From Isurus oxyrinchus (Eukaryota), in assembly GCA_026770705.1 (NCBI GenBank), contig JANJGN010000034.1, positions 5,394,001 to 5,458,000 of the forward strand: a stretch of 64,000 bases of DNA, in the 5' to 3' direction. Shown here in pieces: positions 1 to 13,321 of this stretch. The first letter of the stretch is position 1. The number at the start of each line of letters is the position of its first letter. Under the pieces are notes generated by a model. The model did no database searches. It had not been told where the DNA came from and worked only from the letters and a program-made list of their open reading frames with translations. Position numbers and translations under genes: made by a program.

Positions 1-384
1 GCTGCAGATAACTTCAAAGCGCCTTCTTTATTGGCCAGATGAGCGGTAAATTTGAGTCAAAATCCTGATATTTGTGCCCATACTCTGTTCTGACACTTTA
101 GTAGAGGGAATAAGGCAAGAGGGAATAAGGCAACATCGTATTTTAGATGGGACATTGACACTACACCTGATCCCCCATCATACATGGCAGCAACAAAAAA
201 GAGCGTGTTAGCGTTTCTAACACAACAACAGCAATGTCGACTCGAAAATGAAAGGCTCTTTTTCAAGAATGGTGACGATGAAATTATCGAGTTTTCACAA
301 GAAAATTAAGCACTTCATATTTAGGAGCCAAGTTGAACTATTTATCCTTGTTTCTGCATCGCCAGAGGCGCAAGCAAGGACAAT

Positions 385-2690
385 ATTTGTTTGGCATCCC
401 TAATTGACCTTGAGGAAGTGGACATGAGCCATTTGCTTGTTGCACCGAGTGCAGCATAATCCCCAGTGCTATTAGAAAATACTTTCAAATATGTGATCCA
501 TTGCCAGCGAAGGAAAGGTAAGACAGTTCCAAGTCAAAGTGTTTTTTGCATTGCATGAGAGCTTGGAGGATGTTTTGTTCCCATGCATCCACTGCTGTTG
601 ACGTTCAAGGTGGTAATGATCTCGTGTTTGAATTATCGTGTTGATGGAACCTTCAAGGGGCTCCCTGAAGTGTGTCTTGTGTATGATATCGACTGCTGTC
701 ACTGTGGGTTGGTGATGGAGTAAATTAATATTCAAAATAGTGGATGGTCTACCTTTCAAGGCAGTTGCCCATTCCTTTGTGGTGCAGAGCTTCCGGAATG
801 CTACTGGAGACTCCTTCATTTAAACAGGCAGAATTACATCATATTCATGATTTTGGCCTTATCCATCAATAGCAGAATTCAGAGACAGGGGCTGAGTTAC
901 TCGCAGCAGAATTCCCGGGCACTCTTCAGATATTGCAACAGAGTTACATTTCTCGTGAATGGCTGTCCACAACATGCTATTTGTGGAGATGCAAGGAAGG
1001 CTATGGCGCTGAATGTCAAGTGTAGATGGGTAGAGTTCTCCCGCTGGAGATAGTCAACGCCTAGCACTTGTGTGGCATAATAGTTACTTGGCAATTAACA
1101 GCCCAGTGTTAAAAGTTGCCCAGGTATTGTTACATATGGACAGCAGGCTTCTTCAATATATAGTTCCAATAAATTATACTGACACTTCATCATGCGGTCA
1201 TAAACAAACATTTGCGCCTTTGACATTATGATAGAAGATTGATTATTGATGAATCAGCTGAGGATGACTGGGCCGAGAACATTACATTGAAGAGCTCTTG
1301 CAATCATGTCGGCAGACTGTCATAATTGGCCTGCAACTACTAGTAGCATATTCATGTGTTATGTGTGACTACAACAGTGGAGGGTATACCGACACCCCTG
1401 CCCTATTTTACAATGTCATCAATTTTGACAGCACTACTTAATGCCACACATGATTGCATGTTGCTTTGATATCAAAGGTAAATTCCGGCAAATCATCACT
1501 TATGCTTTGTGTTTTATAGACGTTTAGGCAGCACTCTGAAGATGACAGGAGCATGGTGGCTGTTGAAGAAGACAAGCTGAACAACCCCCATATACACTTT
1601 TGCTGTTTAATATTGTTTAAAGTTTAATTTTAATGTGCGCTTGATCACAGTACAGGAGGAATGCACAAGACAACCATTCCAAACGCCTTAGTATCACATT
1701 ATTTCGTGGGTTGTGGGTTTTGCTGCCGAGGCTAGCATTTGTTGACCATCCAATATTGCCTTTGAACTGAATGACTTGCTATGCCATTTCAGACAGAAGG
1801 CACATTTTGCAGCTTTACACGATTGGCAACTCTTCATTCTATCTCTGTCGGGTTCAGGTCCTGGGCTTCTAACTGGCTTTCTGAAACGAACCAGAATGTA
1901 TCCATTCATTGTTTACCAAAGGCATTTAAAGGGGTTCGCCAGAGCAAGACTTCACAAAGTGTGTTTAAGTAACATGATGGCACAATGTGTTTCGATATTG
2001 AGGGGTAGGGGTTGGTGTGGAGGCACTTTTGAGCTGATCAAAATATTCTGAATCTATCTGATAATCCAACCAGGTCCAAGTCATGGCCTTATCCATTTAA
2101 AGAGGAGACTTGGCCTTCGCAAAGTCTGTGTAGTTTTCACATATAGCATGGCATGTACAGATGCATCGACCTGTGAGGTCAGGTCCGAATGTTATTTTCC
2201 AGCTTTTTGGATACCTTGTGGCCTGCAGAGACCCAACTGGCAGAATTGTACTGCGATCCTCGGTCAGCTTCATACGTCGTGTGATTCCAGGACACTCTTG
2301 TTAACCGGAGTATAAATAGCCCACCACGTGTTTATTCTGTGCACTTTCCACTCTCAGTACCTTTAGTAACTAGAGCTCAACATGGAGGAGTACTGATTTA
2401 TTGGTTTTCTCGGGGCAGTACGTAACAATCAATTGGATATTTCCTTGTCAATTTTTGACATAATACGGTGAGACTTCATGAGGTCTACAGTAAATGCTCA
2501 AGAGCTCCAGGACAACCATCTTTCAATTTTATGCCACTGTTCCCCTCCTTCCAGCACCGTGGAAGTACCATCAAAAGATGCACTGCAGCAGTTAAACAAG
2601 TTGGCTCATCACCACCTTATCAAAGACCAGTTAGTAGCAATCACTTGTCTTGTCAGCTGGGTTAGCATTCCCATAATTATATAATTTTTA
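385..2690 (-). mobile_element. Degenerate non-LTR retrotransposon (LINE, CR1/L2 group), antisense
   Basis: Similar to 10400-11350, e.g. 'gaatgtcaagtgtagatgggtag...cacttgtgtggc' vs 'cctgtcaagtggtgacggttag...cacttatgtggc'; begins with the LINE 3'-tail motif 'catccctaattgaccttgag'; no intact ORF. Confidence 0.65.
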
Positions 2691-3338
2691 GAAACTGAAA
2701 TCATGTGTTGGACCATTTATTTCCAATAAATTCGGAGAATAGTATACATCACATAACTTTTTGTCTAACATAGCTATAAGCTAAGTCGTTCTTGCAATTT
2801 CTTACTAAAAACATTTTTTTTTCAACATTATTTAACGGGCTGTTCAGCACTGTGGCCACCTGATGTTGTGGACATTTTTAAACAAATGAAAGTCACCTCT
2901 CCCCTTGTGGTTAGAAATTATCTCTCTGCCTGCTTACAAGAGGAGTTTCCGCACACCAACTTAATCTATGTTTACCTACGAAATGCTGTGGAGATCGAAG
3001 TTTTCTTCCACTGTCGACTTAAAACCTACACTAATTTCATTTCTGCGACAGAGAATATGTTTAGTCAAATTGTCAAAATGGTCCTAACGTCTTATGGCAT
3101 CAATTGTGACCACTGTTGGTGACTAGCATGGACATAGAATAGGTAATAAAGCCTATATACCACGTTGGTAAAACTTCTGTGACACATCACGTGACACATT
3201 TCGCATGCCACTATACAAGAAAATACTGGTTGTTTATTTTTCATCCAGAGCAAAGCACACGTTTTTTTTTATATGTTAACGTGCAAAACTCGGCACTTGA
3301 TATTTGCAATAGACGTTTATCTTTCTTTGTTGCTCTAG

Positions 3339-3374
3339 ATCTCCAAGATTGTCAGAATACGTTAAGGAATCTAG
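3339..3374 (+). CDS. micro-exon m1, 36 nt, (D)LQDCQNTLRNL
   Basis: ctttctttgttgctctag|ATCTCC...AATCTAG|gtgaga; phase 1-1, open. Confidence 0.88.
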
Positions 3375-3789
3375 GTGAGAAAACAATGTTATTTTGATAG
3401 AAAACATTCACAGCCACCTTCCATTTTTCTTACGACAATGAAAAAAGCAAAATTAAAGATAAAGAGTATCTGTTGAGAATTGAAAGCAAAATATTCAATA
3501 TAAAACAGAAGCAAATCACCTGTAGCAAGATTGGAAGCGGCATGTCAAAACTGTGGCCTCAAACCTCTGGTCCACGACAATTCTAAACGTATTGGAGCTG
3601 CAAAATGGTTTCTGCAATACAGCAGTTTCACAAATTGTCAAGCATACCTACAGATCCCAGCTGAAATACAGATGGTCAGGACAACAGAAGAGGAAACAAT
3701 TCGGACCACAAAGACAGAAAAGAAAAGTTACTGACCAATTAAAGGACAGCTGTTGCGTATACAGATAGCTTCTGATGGTCTAAATATTT

Positions 3790-5090
3790 CAATCAGTCAG
3801 TTAGAGAGGGGGTGAGTAGGCCTGCGAGAGAGTTGATAGGTTTGCAATTGGGTGACTAGGTGAAGGCTGCATGTGAATGAGATGGACAGGAGGGCGACTT
3901 CTTGAGGTGGAGTAACAGGGGAGATGGGATACTGCTTGAGTGGTCAACGATATCCTTGCAATTATTAAGTGGGGGATTAGGTGGTTAGTCTGGAGCGTAG
4001 TCAGGCCCAGGCTGGTGCTTTCGGGTCTGCTTTGTGGAATAGAGGAGTGGCCAGAGTGATTCACATGGATTAGCGTAGTCCGTACTAATGGGATTTGGGA
4101 GGGGTGTGTTTGGGGCCGCTGCAATCTCTGGTTCAGTCGCGGTGGGAGCTGGAACATTTAATGCTACGAGCCATGGAAATGCCCATTAACTTCAGCGGAA
4201 GCATGAAATCTCGCTCTCTTCAAGGAGGTCATATTGCTTCCAGGGGTTTTTCAGAGTCGTCAGCCTGTCGGGACTCATACGAATCTCACGAAGGCTTAGT
4301 TGGGGTAATGGTAGCAGTTGTTTCCTCTCGGCAAGTTTGTGAGCTTCGGTTTTAGTCTCGTCGAGATTGGGATGTCCGATTGATCTCGGATGAACAACAG
4401 TTCCAATCAGATGTTTTTTCATGTTTGAGGTTCTGGGGGTGTTTGGATTTGGTTAGGTCAAGATCGTTGGGCGCGGATGGGTTGGGGTGGGTGTGGTTCA
4501 GCTTGGCATTGGTTCAGTCGCACGTTTTGAGAGCCGGGTGGGCAAACCCTTCTGAATCTTCTGTCAGCTGGGTTGTGAGGTTGTTGGTGTGGTTTTCTGG
4601 TATGGTGCGCAGGCGGCGGGATTTTGCAGCCATGGACATATCTGAGAGGCAGGTGTTGCTCTTTGGTTGTATATTTATTGAGGGCTGATGGCGGGGGGAA
4701 GGAGGCCAGTGGAATGGGCGTGGGGTGGATTTTTCTTGCATGCTTACGGCCAGGAGGTTGTCGTTGTTTAATTGTGATGGGATCGGTTATGCTGTTTAGT
4801 TGAATTGCACTGCTGAATTTGAACAAGTATTCAACTGTGCAACGTTTACAGGTCAAGGAAGCAGGCTTAATTTGAGTATCTTGCCCATGTCTGCACCTCT
4901 AAACTTAGGGTTAGAGAAGTTGACAGAGGGGCCTCCGAAGTTGAGTCAGACCATCGGTGGCTCCCAGGCAATTTCTCTGTTTATATATGTGCAGGACAAC
5001 TGCATGGTCCTGATGCGCATCTCTCAAATTATGGTCCATCTTCACCGATATACTGATTGGAACTTTCAGTCCAGTGTATTTTAGAGGCCC
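3790..5090 (-). mobile_element. Unclassified GC-richer retroelement-like remnant (possibly LTR-element gag/5' region)
   Basis: Sharp compositional block, G/T-skewed on +, with several overlapping broken minus-strand ORFs (3801-4157, 4192-4422, 4458-4856); family not identified. Confidence 0.35.
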
Positions 5091-5737
5091 GGTACAATTT
5101 CATCATACATTGAATTGAATAATACTGCGGGGTGGAAATGAGTTTGATTCATATATAATTCAAATGTACGACATACAAGATAAATATATATGCTATTACC
5201 TGGTTTTGCATTAAACATAGTGCCTTATATTTAATTGTGATGCACTTAATTCACAAATAGCAGTGGATTCTGTAAAGGGCCGTAATTTTTAAATTTTTTC
5301 TTAATGCTATCACTGCTGAAACTGTTCTACTCTCTGTAAGAGTACATTGCTCTCTTGTTCAGAGAATAAAAGAATCAAATAATTGTTGGCTTTTATTTCC
5401 AAAAATGATGTTCAATTATCAACTGTTAAATAATCACAAATCAATTACAAGTGCCGTTTCCTTGCCTCCACCATGATCCATGTAGTTGCTTGTTAAATGG
5501 GTCAAGTAAAATCTAAGAACCTTAAATTTTCCCCTGGGTATGAAATTCATCTATTTTCACAGAGTCCTGGAAAATATTGAATTTCCTTTCCGTGGGGCTT
5601 GGCCATTTGATCATTACGATGGTTTAATTCTAAATCAATTATTTAGTTTCCTTTCAATTCGCCATCAAATATGCACAAACTTATGAACATAGAACTGCAG
5701 TTCTCTATGATCAATATTTACTTTTGTACATTAACAG

Positions 5738-5764
5738 AAAATGCATTGGCTGCCAAAGAAGGAG
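5738..5764 (+). CDS. micro-exon m2, 27 nt, ENALAAKEG
   Basis: cttttgtacattaacag|AAAATG...GAAGGAG|gtaata; continues the heptad register. Confidence 0.88.
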
Positions 5765-7769
5765 GTAATAAAATTTAAATTGCCAAACTATTTAAAAAAA
5801 TGTTGATCATGTTAACTTGTCACCCTGATTGCAAAAAATGCTTGTTTTAATGGTAAGATGTGAAATGTGAAAATATCATTCTACAGCACCTGGTAGAATG
5901 TTCATCTGCTGAAGAATAAAATTTATAAATTGTGTCAAGGCGATGAGTCTTCACATTAGACACTAAGCCCCTGAACGCATAAGCAAGGCTTGTGGAACTG
6001 GATCGCTTTTTCATTGCTGCAATTGCCACTTTTCAACTTGTTTGTTGCATGGAGGCCCTTCTGCATGCTCAGGTCAGAATATGGATCGTGGGCTGCAAAG
6101 GGGAGATTAGAATAGCACATAAATGCGATCGCTATAGTTGACATCGTAGCTTGGAAGACAGAAATTAGATCCTGCAAACATCATTTTGCGTCATGAATGG
6201 TGTATTGCATCTCTGGGTGCGAAGGTGAAACACATAAACTGGAGGATGCCGAAGTTCCTTCATGGAGAAGGAGTGAGGCAGCGAAAACCAGAGATATGAC
6301 ATGTCATCGGGTCAAACATTCAAGTGCTAAGGAGTAGGCAGATAGGTATGACTTCGATGCGAGTAAACTGTATAACACTCAGTACAAAGCGGCAACGTAA
6401 GCACAAAAGAAAGCAAGATCGGGAGAATGAATTCCACATCATGCTGGCTTGAACGATGGACGTACCTGGATTTTTGGACCGGTTGTAAAAAGGGAAGATA
6501 TGGTGTAAAGTGATAGGTTGCACCGCAGAAGGATTGTGAGAATTTTTCTTTACGCAGCAGTAAATTTGACCTAAATTATTGATCGGCAGTTTCCTTGGAA
6601 ATGTACCAAGGATTAATAAGATGCACATAGGTTGCTCAGTAAAATGAAATAGCTGCAATCAAGTACGATCAGACGAGGAACACTACGAGAAATATTTTTT
6701 AAAAACTGCACTATAAAGCAAGCAGGACGTCCGATGAAAAAACTTGGAATTCGAAAATCACCAATAGTTTTAACTGACAAAGTCGGAACTTGTTTTACAG
6801 TGATAACAACAGCTTACTTAATCTGTTCAGGTCCAAAGCATTCAGATTTGAAAAGGATGAAATAAAACATGGGGGATAACCATTTATTCATTATATTTAG
6901 TTAGATTTGAGAAACATCAAGAACTACAAATCCAAATAAAAAAATGCTTATGACTGTGGATAACTGTCACTGCTAGGTTGCTAGCACTTCATATGACTGG
7001 TCGGCTAGTTGTCGGCGCTAGGGTACAATAAGGCTCTTAGGAAAATAAATAAAAAGAAAAATCACAGATAAGCTGGCTAACATCTATATTCCTGAAACAG
7101 GAAAGCCAGTGTTTGCTTCATCAAAATCGTAATAATTATATTAATTATTAAAAAAGAGAGGAGGAAGAAGAAGATGATGAAGAAGAATTGCCTCAAAGTA
7201 GTGCGACAGGAAATCGTGATAAATGGTTGTCTTTCATTTTGATGTTAGTCAGTTGCCCTTTCTATGCTCAGCCGACGACATTTGTTGATGTATGCTGCTG
7301 CATTTTTTTTCAAATTAGGCCATAGAGGAAACTAGCTCCATTTCAAGCTTCCAGATGGGAATGACGCACAAAGTGATGAAAGAAATCAACAGAGAAGTTG
7401 CATTTGGAATTTACTGCAGCAAATGCGAGCTGATACAACTTGGCAGAATCGATAGCGAGAAGAACTGCATATAAACCGAAAACATTACATTGCCAACCGG
7501 GAATTATTTAAATTTTAACAGTTGGAAATCGTGCAATTAAAGTTTTCCTATTTTTTAGCACCACACCCGATATTCTTGTCTGTTGAATGCATGGAATATC
7601 TTTGGCAGTTTATCAACCCCATGTACGACCCCCACGTCTTAAATTGGCCAATGAATCAATCTAATAATCTGGCTCCAAGATTCATGTATTTTAACATTTT
7701 GAGTAAAGCAACATACCGACAATGATCGAATACAACAGAAGATCACCCTGAAGAGGATGAATTATTTAG

Positions 7770-9200
7770 CCCTTCCTCTGGTTTCTTACGGCCGTGCACT
7801 TTAATGATGGAACAGCTCTGCCCATAAAAGTGATTAGGCCACGTAGGCTGCTGTCTATTAGCATGGTGACTGCAGAGGCAATCCACGGGTAGGAAAGGAA
7901 ATGTGGAGTAAAATTGAGAAAATATATTTGCATGACCATCGAAAAGTGCACCAAGGAAACTGAATGAAGTCCTCAGGGAGACAGTTCTGAATCAATGGAA
8001 TGAATGACCACTAGACCCAGCACTGCAACCAGACATGCCTTCACTTACATGTGTCACCCTACGAGTCTAGGTTATGAATTCTATGCTCTAGGATGAAAGG
8101 CTTTTCAAGCTTTATTAGATAATTGTGATATGAAATGATATCTGTACAGTTAAGGACATAATTACGCCACTTCTTGATAATTCGATCTGCATATTTCCAG
8201 CTTTGAATTTCAAACCCCTTTGAATGACAGGCCTGCTCAATTGAGTGGACAAAGGAAACTTGTGTGTATATTTCTTGAGGAGAAATCGGCTCTGATTCCA
8301 AAAATTATTATCAAGGGTTCTTGGCTTGCTCGTTACGCAGGTGGAGGGGCCAAATGTTCTGATATAAAAGGAGATTGTCGACTCGGTTGGAGTCACAAGC
8401 TCTGATGAGGAGGATAGAAGTGTTAGAAGGAGGGGACGAGTGAGATGAAGAATGAAACACAAGGATGGGTACGGTAATGTGGCACTTTAGAAAGAGGACA
8501 AAACAACTACAGAATTCGAGGTTCAGGAATAAATGAGAACAATGCAGTGGAGGCCCAGACGGTCTTAATTCCAACCCACGCGTATGCAGGCAGAGATTTA
8601 GCTACCTGCCACTGAACTCATGAGGTAAATAGGCCTTTGGTGGAACTAAGAACAGCACCTCTTCATCATGCCAACACATGGCCTCGTCGGCAAGGTCCTC
8701 TCACTGAGCACATGTATTCATCATCTTCCATCTCTTCCAAGTGCTTCTTAACTTCTGCTGACGCCTACCATGCGCTGCAAGAAAGAGGGAACTATGCATG
8801 GCCTCACAGAATGAGGAGCAAGATTTCTCCCTTCTAGAATGACTTTCCCATAGGTCTGAACGAGCAGGCATATTTGGTTGGCAATATGAAATACAGGCAC
8901 TGCTCCACAATGCCAAAATTTGGAGAATTGCAGCACTTGAAAAATTCTGGAATCTATTAACATTTGCCAACCATTGATATGTTTTTCAGAGATTGGCTAC
9001 TATAAACTAAAAGAGAAAATACTGGAAAATAGTCAGAAGTACTCGAATAATTCGTGGACAGAGAAATAAAGCTAATGTTTCGATAATATATGACACTTCT
9101 CCAGAGCTGAAAAGACCTAGAAATGTAATGAGTTTCATACTGTTGAAGACAAGGGATGGATTAGGTGGAGCAAAATACGGGGTTAGGCATACGTGCAGCA
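7770..9200 (-). mobile_element. Old LINE fragment (probably L2-like), antisense
   Basis: G/A-skewed block with broken minus-strand frames; resemblance recalled, not aligned. Confidence 0.35.
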
Positions 9201-9874
9201 CAGGAGATATTTGGCAAACATATCATTTACACAAGACAAAGGCTTTGCTTACTCTTTTAAAGTGAATGGAAGGTGCTCCAAGTTGCATTAAGGTCAGCCA
9301 CCAGAGAGTTCTAATAGAAGAGCAACTACAAATGGTCTCTGAAAGCTAAATATAAAAAGAGTTACGGTCTGGCCTTGTTGGGCGAGTGGGTTAGGGGAAA
9401 TATCAACATGAAGGAAAGCATTTATGGTCCAAATTTGTTGAAATCATTGTCAAGTGCAGATGGTGTTACAGACACCTTTCAGAAGGTGTAGTGCTGACAC
9501 TTCAGTTTGCTTTGGGGACGTGGTTGTAGATGACGTCAGCTTCCACTTATGCCTTGTTCAATGTACCTGCTGTTTCCGAGACAGGGCCCCCAGCCGTCAA
9601 GCACTCGCTGGACGGCTTCACCGCCTGCAAGGCACCTTTGCATCTAATGCACAGAAATTTGCTTATGATCGCGTGCAAATCCAGCTGCAGAAAGTGCGAT
9701 GAACGAGCCACCGTATCAATCGCCTCAGTGACTATGTTCAACCGGAATTTCTCTGAATGTTTTTGAATATTGGGCAGGGTTGTAATCACTGCCCAAGCAC
9801 AGCAAAATCCACATGCCCTGCACCGAAGACGAATAAATAAACTTTCAAATGGTACATTTCTCTTCTGATTTCAG

Positions 9875-9910
9875 ATCTGAAAATGTGTGAAGCAGAACTG
9901 AAGAAGACAA
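9875..9910 (+). CDS. micro-exon m3, 36 nt, DLKMCEAELKKT
   Basis: ttctcttctgatttcag|ATCTGA...AAGACAA|gtaggt; paralogous to m1 (DLxxCxxxL). Confidence 0.9.
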
Positions 9911-9989
9911 GTAGGTTATGCAGAATCCCATCAGGATTCACATGGATATAAACATCATGGTATTAACACATGGCATTCTAGGTTGGCTT

Positions 9990-12260
9990 TTATTTATTTG
10001 TAGAACGGGTTGTTGGCGTGGCTGTCTAAGGCAGAATTATTGCCAATCTCTAATCGCCAGTGAGAATGTGGTGGTCAACTGCCTTCAGAAAAAGCTGCAC
10101 TCCCTGTGGAGTAAGTATATCCACCTGTCATTGACGGAAGGAGTTCCCAGGTTTTAAACGAGGAGCGGTGCAAAGTCGGCGATCTATTTCCAAGTCAGGG
10201 AGGTGAGTTGTTTTGAAAGGAACTTGCTTGCTCGTTTTTCATGTGTCTGCTGCACTTGCCCTTTATGTGGCAATGTTTTTGGGTTTGGAATGCGCTGCCC
10301 CAGGGGCATTTTTCAGTTAATGTCGTGCATCCTTTAGATGATTACATACTGCTGCTGGTGGCAGAGGCAGGGAATGTTTGTAGATGGGGCGCCAATCAAG
10401 TGGGCTGTTTTGTGCTGTTTTTTTGTTTAAATTAGTTCATGGGATTTGGGCTGCGCTGACTCGGCCAGCATTTATTGCCTAGACATAATGACCATTGCGA
10501 AGGTGGTGGTGAGTTGCCTGCTTGAACAGCTGTAGGTGGTGTAGGTACACACATAGCGATGTTAGGAAGGGAGATCCAGGGTTCTGAAGAAGCAAATGTG
10601 AAGGAATACAGGGTGGTGAGTGTGTTGGAGTGGAAATTCCAGGTGGTGAAGTTACCATCTATCTGCTGATCTTGCCTTTCAAGATCGTAGTCCTCGTGTG
10701 TTTGGAAGGCGTTTTCTGAGGAGCCTTCGTGATTTCCTCTAATGCATATTGTAAATGGGACACTTTGATGCTGCTGTGCATCGGTGGTGGAAGGATGAAT
10801 GTTAATGGATGTGGTACAACTCAAGCGGGCTGTTTTGTCCTGGACCGTGTCAAGCGTCTAGAGTATTGTTGGAGCTGCACACGCCCAGGCAACCGAACAT
10901 TGTTCCAACACATTCCTGACGTGTGCATTGTGCATTGTGGACAGGCTTTGGAGACTCAGGTGCTGAGTTTGTCGCCGCAAAATTCGGAGCCTCTGACCTG
11001 TTCTTGTTGCCTCAGTATTTAGACGGCTTGTGCAGCTCACTTTCCGATCAATGGTAAACACCGAGGATGCTTATTCTGGGGGGCACAGTGATTGCAATGC
11101 CATTGCCTGTCAAGTGGTGACGGTTAGCTCCTCTCTTGTTGAAGATGGTCAGCGGTAGGCACTTATGTGGCGGACATGTTAGTTGTCACTTGTCCGTCCA
11201 AGGCTGGATTTTTGTCCATGTATTGATGCGCTTGAACATGGATTGCTGCAGTATCTGAATAGTCATGAATTGCGCTGAACATTGTGCAATCGCTTCTGAC
11301 CTGCTAATGGAGGGAAACACATTAATGAAGCCACTGAAGGTGATTTAGTCGCGGGCACTACCCTGAAGAGCAAATTGATGTCACATGTGCTTCTAGCAGC
11401 AACAATGACCTGAAATTTGAGCTACTGATTTTCTCGCTGGATATCACTGGGATTTCTGCTTAATAAGTCACAGATCTCAGATTTTTTTTTTAATCTGCCA
11501 TATGGGTGTACTTGATGGCTGCGCTCTTTGAGTTGTTAGGGAAAGAAAAGTTTTGTTTTAAGAATAAGCATGCATTACGATCGAAAACAGACAATTCAAT
11601 TTGTTTCAATATTTCACATGATGAGAGTGTTGCTCGCTAGGCTAACGTTTTTTGACTATTCCATATTGCATTCAGAACGTGGTGGTCATCTGCATCCCTA
11701 TGCTCTGCAGTACATTTCGTGCAGATATATTCACAGTGGAATTAGGGAGGGAGTTCCAGGATTGTGATGCGGAAATTGTGGAGGGACAGCATTTTTAGTT
11801 CCTTGTTAGGATGGTCTGTGGCATTAATGGGCCAATATGCCAGTGTTTGCTTTCACAGGAAAATTCTGCCCTTATCCTTTGAGGCGATGGCGTGCTTACA
11901 TGTTGCATATAAAGGAGTATTAGTGAGTTGGTGCACTGTTGATCATAGTCACTGTGGGAACTGGTAGAGTGAGTGGATGTTGAAAGATGTGGATGTGGTG
12001 CTCTTCAAGCATGCTGCGTTATTTTGGATGGTGTAGAAATTCTTGAGTGGTGTTCGAACTACACTCATACAGGGAAGCGAATAATATTCCACTACACTGC
12101 TGAATTGTGCCTTGTAGGTCGTGACTAAGCATTAGGCAGCGTGGCGGTGACCTATTATTTCATCAAATCATAACCTCTGACCTGCTCGTTTAGCTAAAAT
12201 GATTATATCCAGTTCACCTTCTGCTCAAAGGAAAGTCCTTAGATGTTGAGAGTGGAAAAT
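9990..12260 (-). mobile_element. Cluster of degenerate LINE 3' fragments (same family as 385-2690), antisense
   Basis: Recurrent motifs 'ttattgcc...aatcgcc...gaggtggtggt', 'ttccaagtcagg', 'ctctgacctg' at about 10040, 10470, 10990 and 12175. Confidence 0.65.
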
Positions 12261-12342
12261 TTCTGCCGATTCTGTTATCACCAATATAACGACTTAAATC
12301 TGCGAATGGGAGATAACGACAATATTTTCTTTAAATACACAG

Positions 12343-12369
12343 AAAAAGAGTTGGCCGAGACTGCGGCAG
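12343..12369 (+). CDS. micro-exon m4, 27 nt, KKELAETAA
   Basis: ttttctttaaatacacag|AAAAAG...GCGGCAG|gtaatc. Confidence 0.88.
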
Positions 12370-13291
12370 GTAATCAATTTTGGAAATAGTTGGTTATGTC
12401 ATCATTTAGATTCATATACCTTTCTTGATGGGTTTGTGAGATTTTGCCTTGATTTTCAGGATAAGTTTTTCAAGGACCATATACATTTGCAAAAAAGTGA
12501 AACTGCTATATTCAGAGCGAATTTGCACGCGCACCAAATGTTTGCGTTCGATGGAATCAGTTATCGATTAGAGAACTGATCTAAGTGCGGATAGTTAACC
12601 AGTCAGTTGCTGATCTTTCCATCATCCATCTTGCTGGTGAGAGATGTTCCGAAGCATGACTTAACACGATGAGAAAATTTGCTCGAATAAAACGGGAGCG
12701 AAAAGATAGCAATTTCTCTTAACTGGTAAATAAGCAAAAGGTAACAGGTTTTTTCTTATTGTTAATAATTGGCAGTGCATTATTGTGATCTTGACTTATC
12801 GCCTTGCCTGCAAATGTGGTGGGAGAAGATTTTGTCATGGACTTTACAGCAGATTTCGCAAATATTTTGATGCGCGACATGCACTTTTTGTGCATGGAGT
12901 CAAGTGGAACTAAATGCACAACCCTCACAAAGATGCAGTACATAGAGGATGTACAGATTCCGCACACTCGGTGCTTTATTGTGCGATATATCCCACCTTA
13001 ATATTCTGGAGTCCCAGCTGGAAATGCAACTGCTTGCATGTGTGGTTAACTGGGGTGATCCCCTTGAGTTAAGCAATCAAACTTCACGTTGTAGTAAGAT
13101 TATCGTACAATAAACCGCTGTGGAAGTTAGCGCTGGACCCGTTTACTTCCTCAACTTCGACACAAATGTAACACTCATATTAGAGGAAGCAAATAAATCA
13201 GAATGCAGACTGTTATCCAGTTCAGCTCTCACGTTAAAGATGCAATGTTTGGAATACAAAAATGTATTTTCTGGTGTGTTTTTTTCTGCAG

Positions 13292-13321
13292 AATTGAAAA
13301 AGTGTAAAGGATCTAAGCCTG
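13292..13321 (+). CDS. micro-exon m5, 30 nt, ELKKCKGSKP
   Basis: T-run then ctgcag|AATTGA...AAGCCTG|gtcagt; its Cys is 21 aa after the m3 Cys. Confidence 0.85.
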
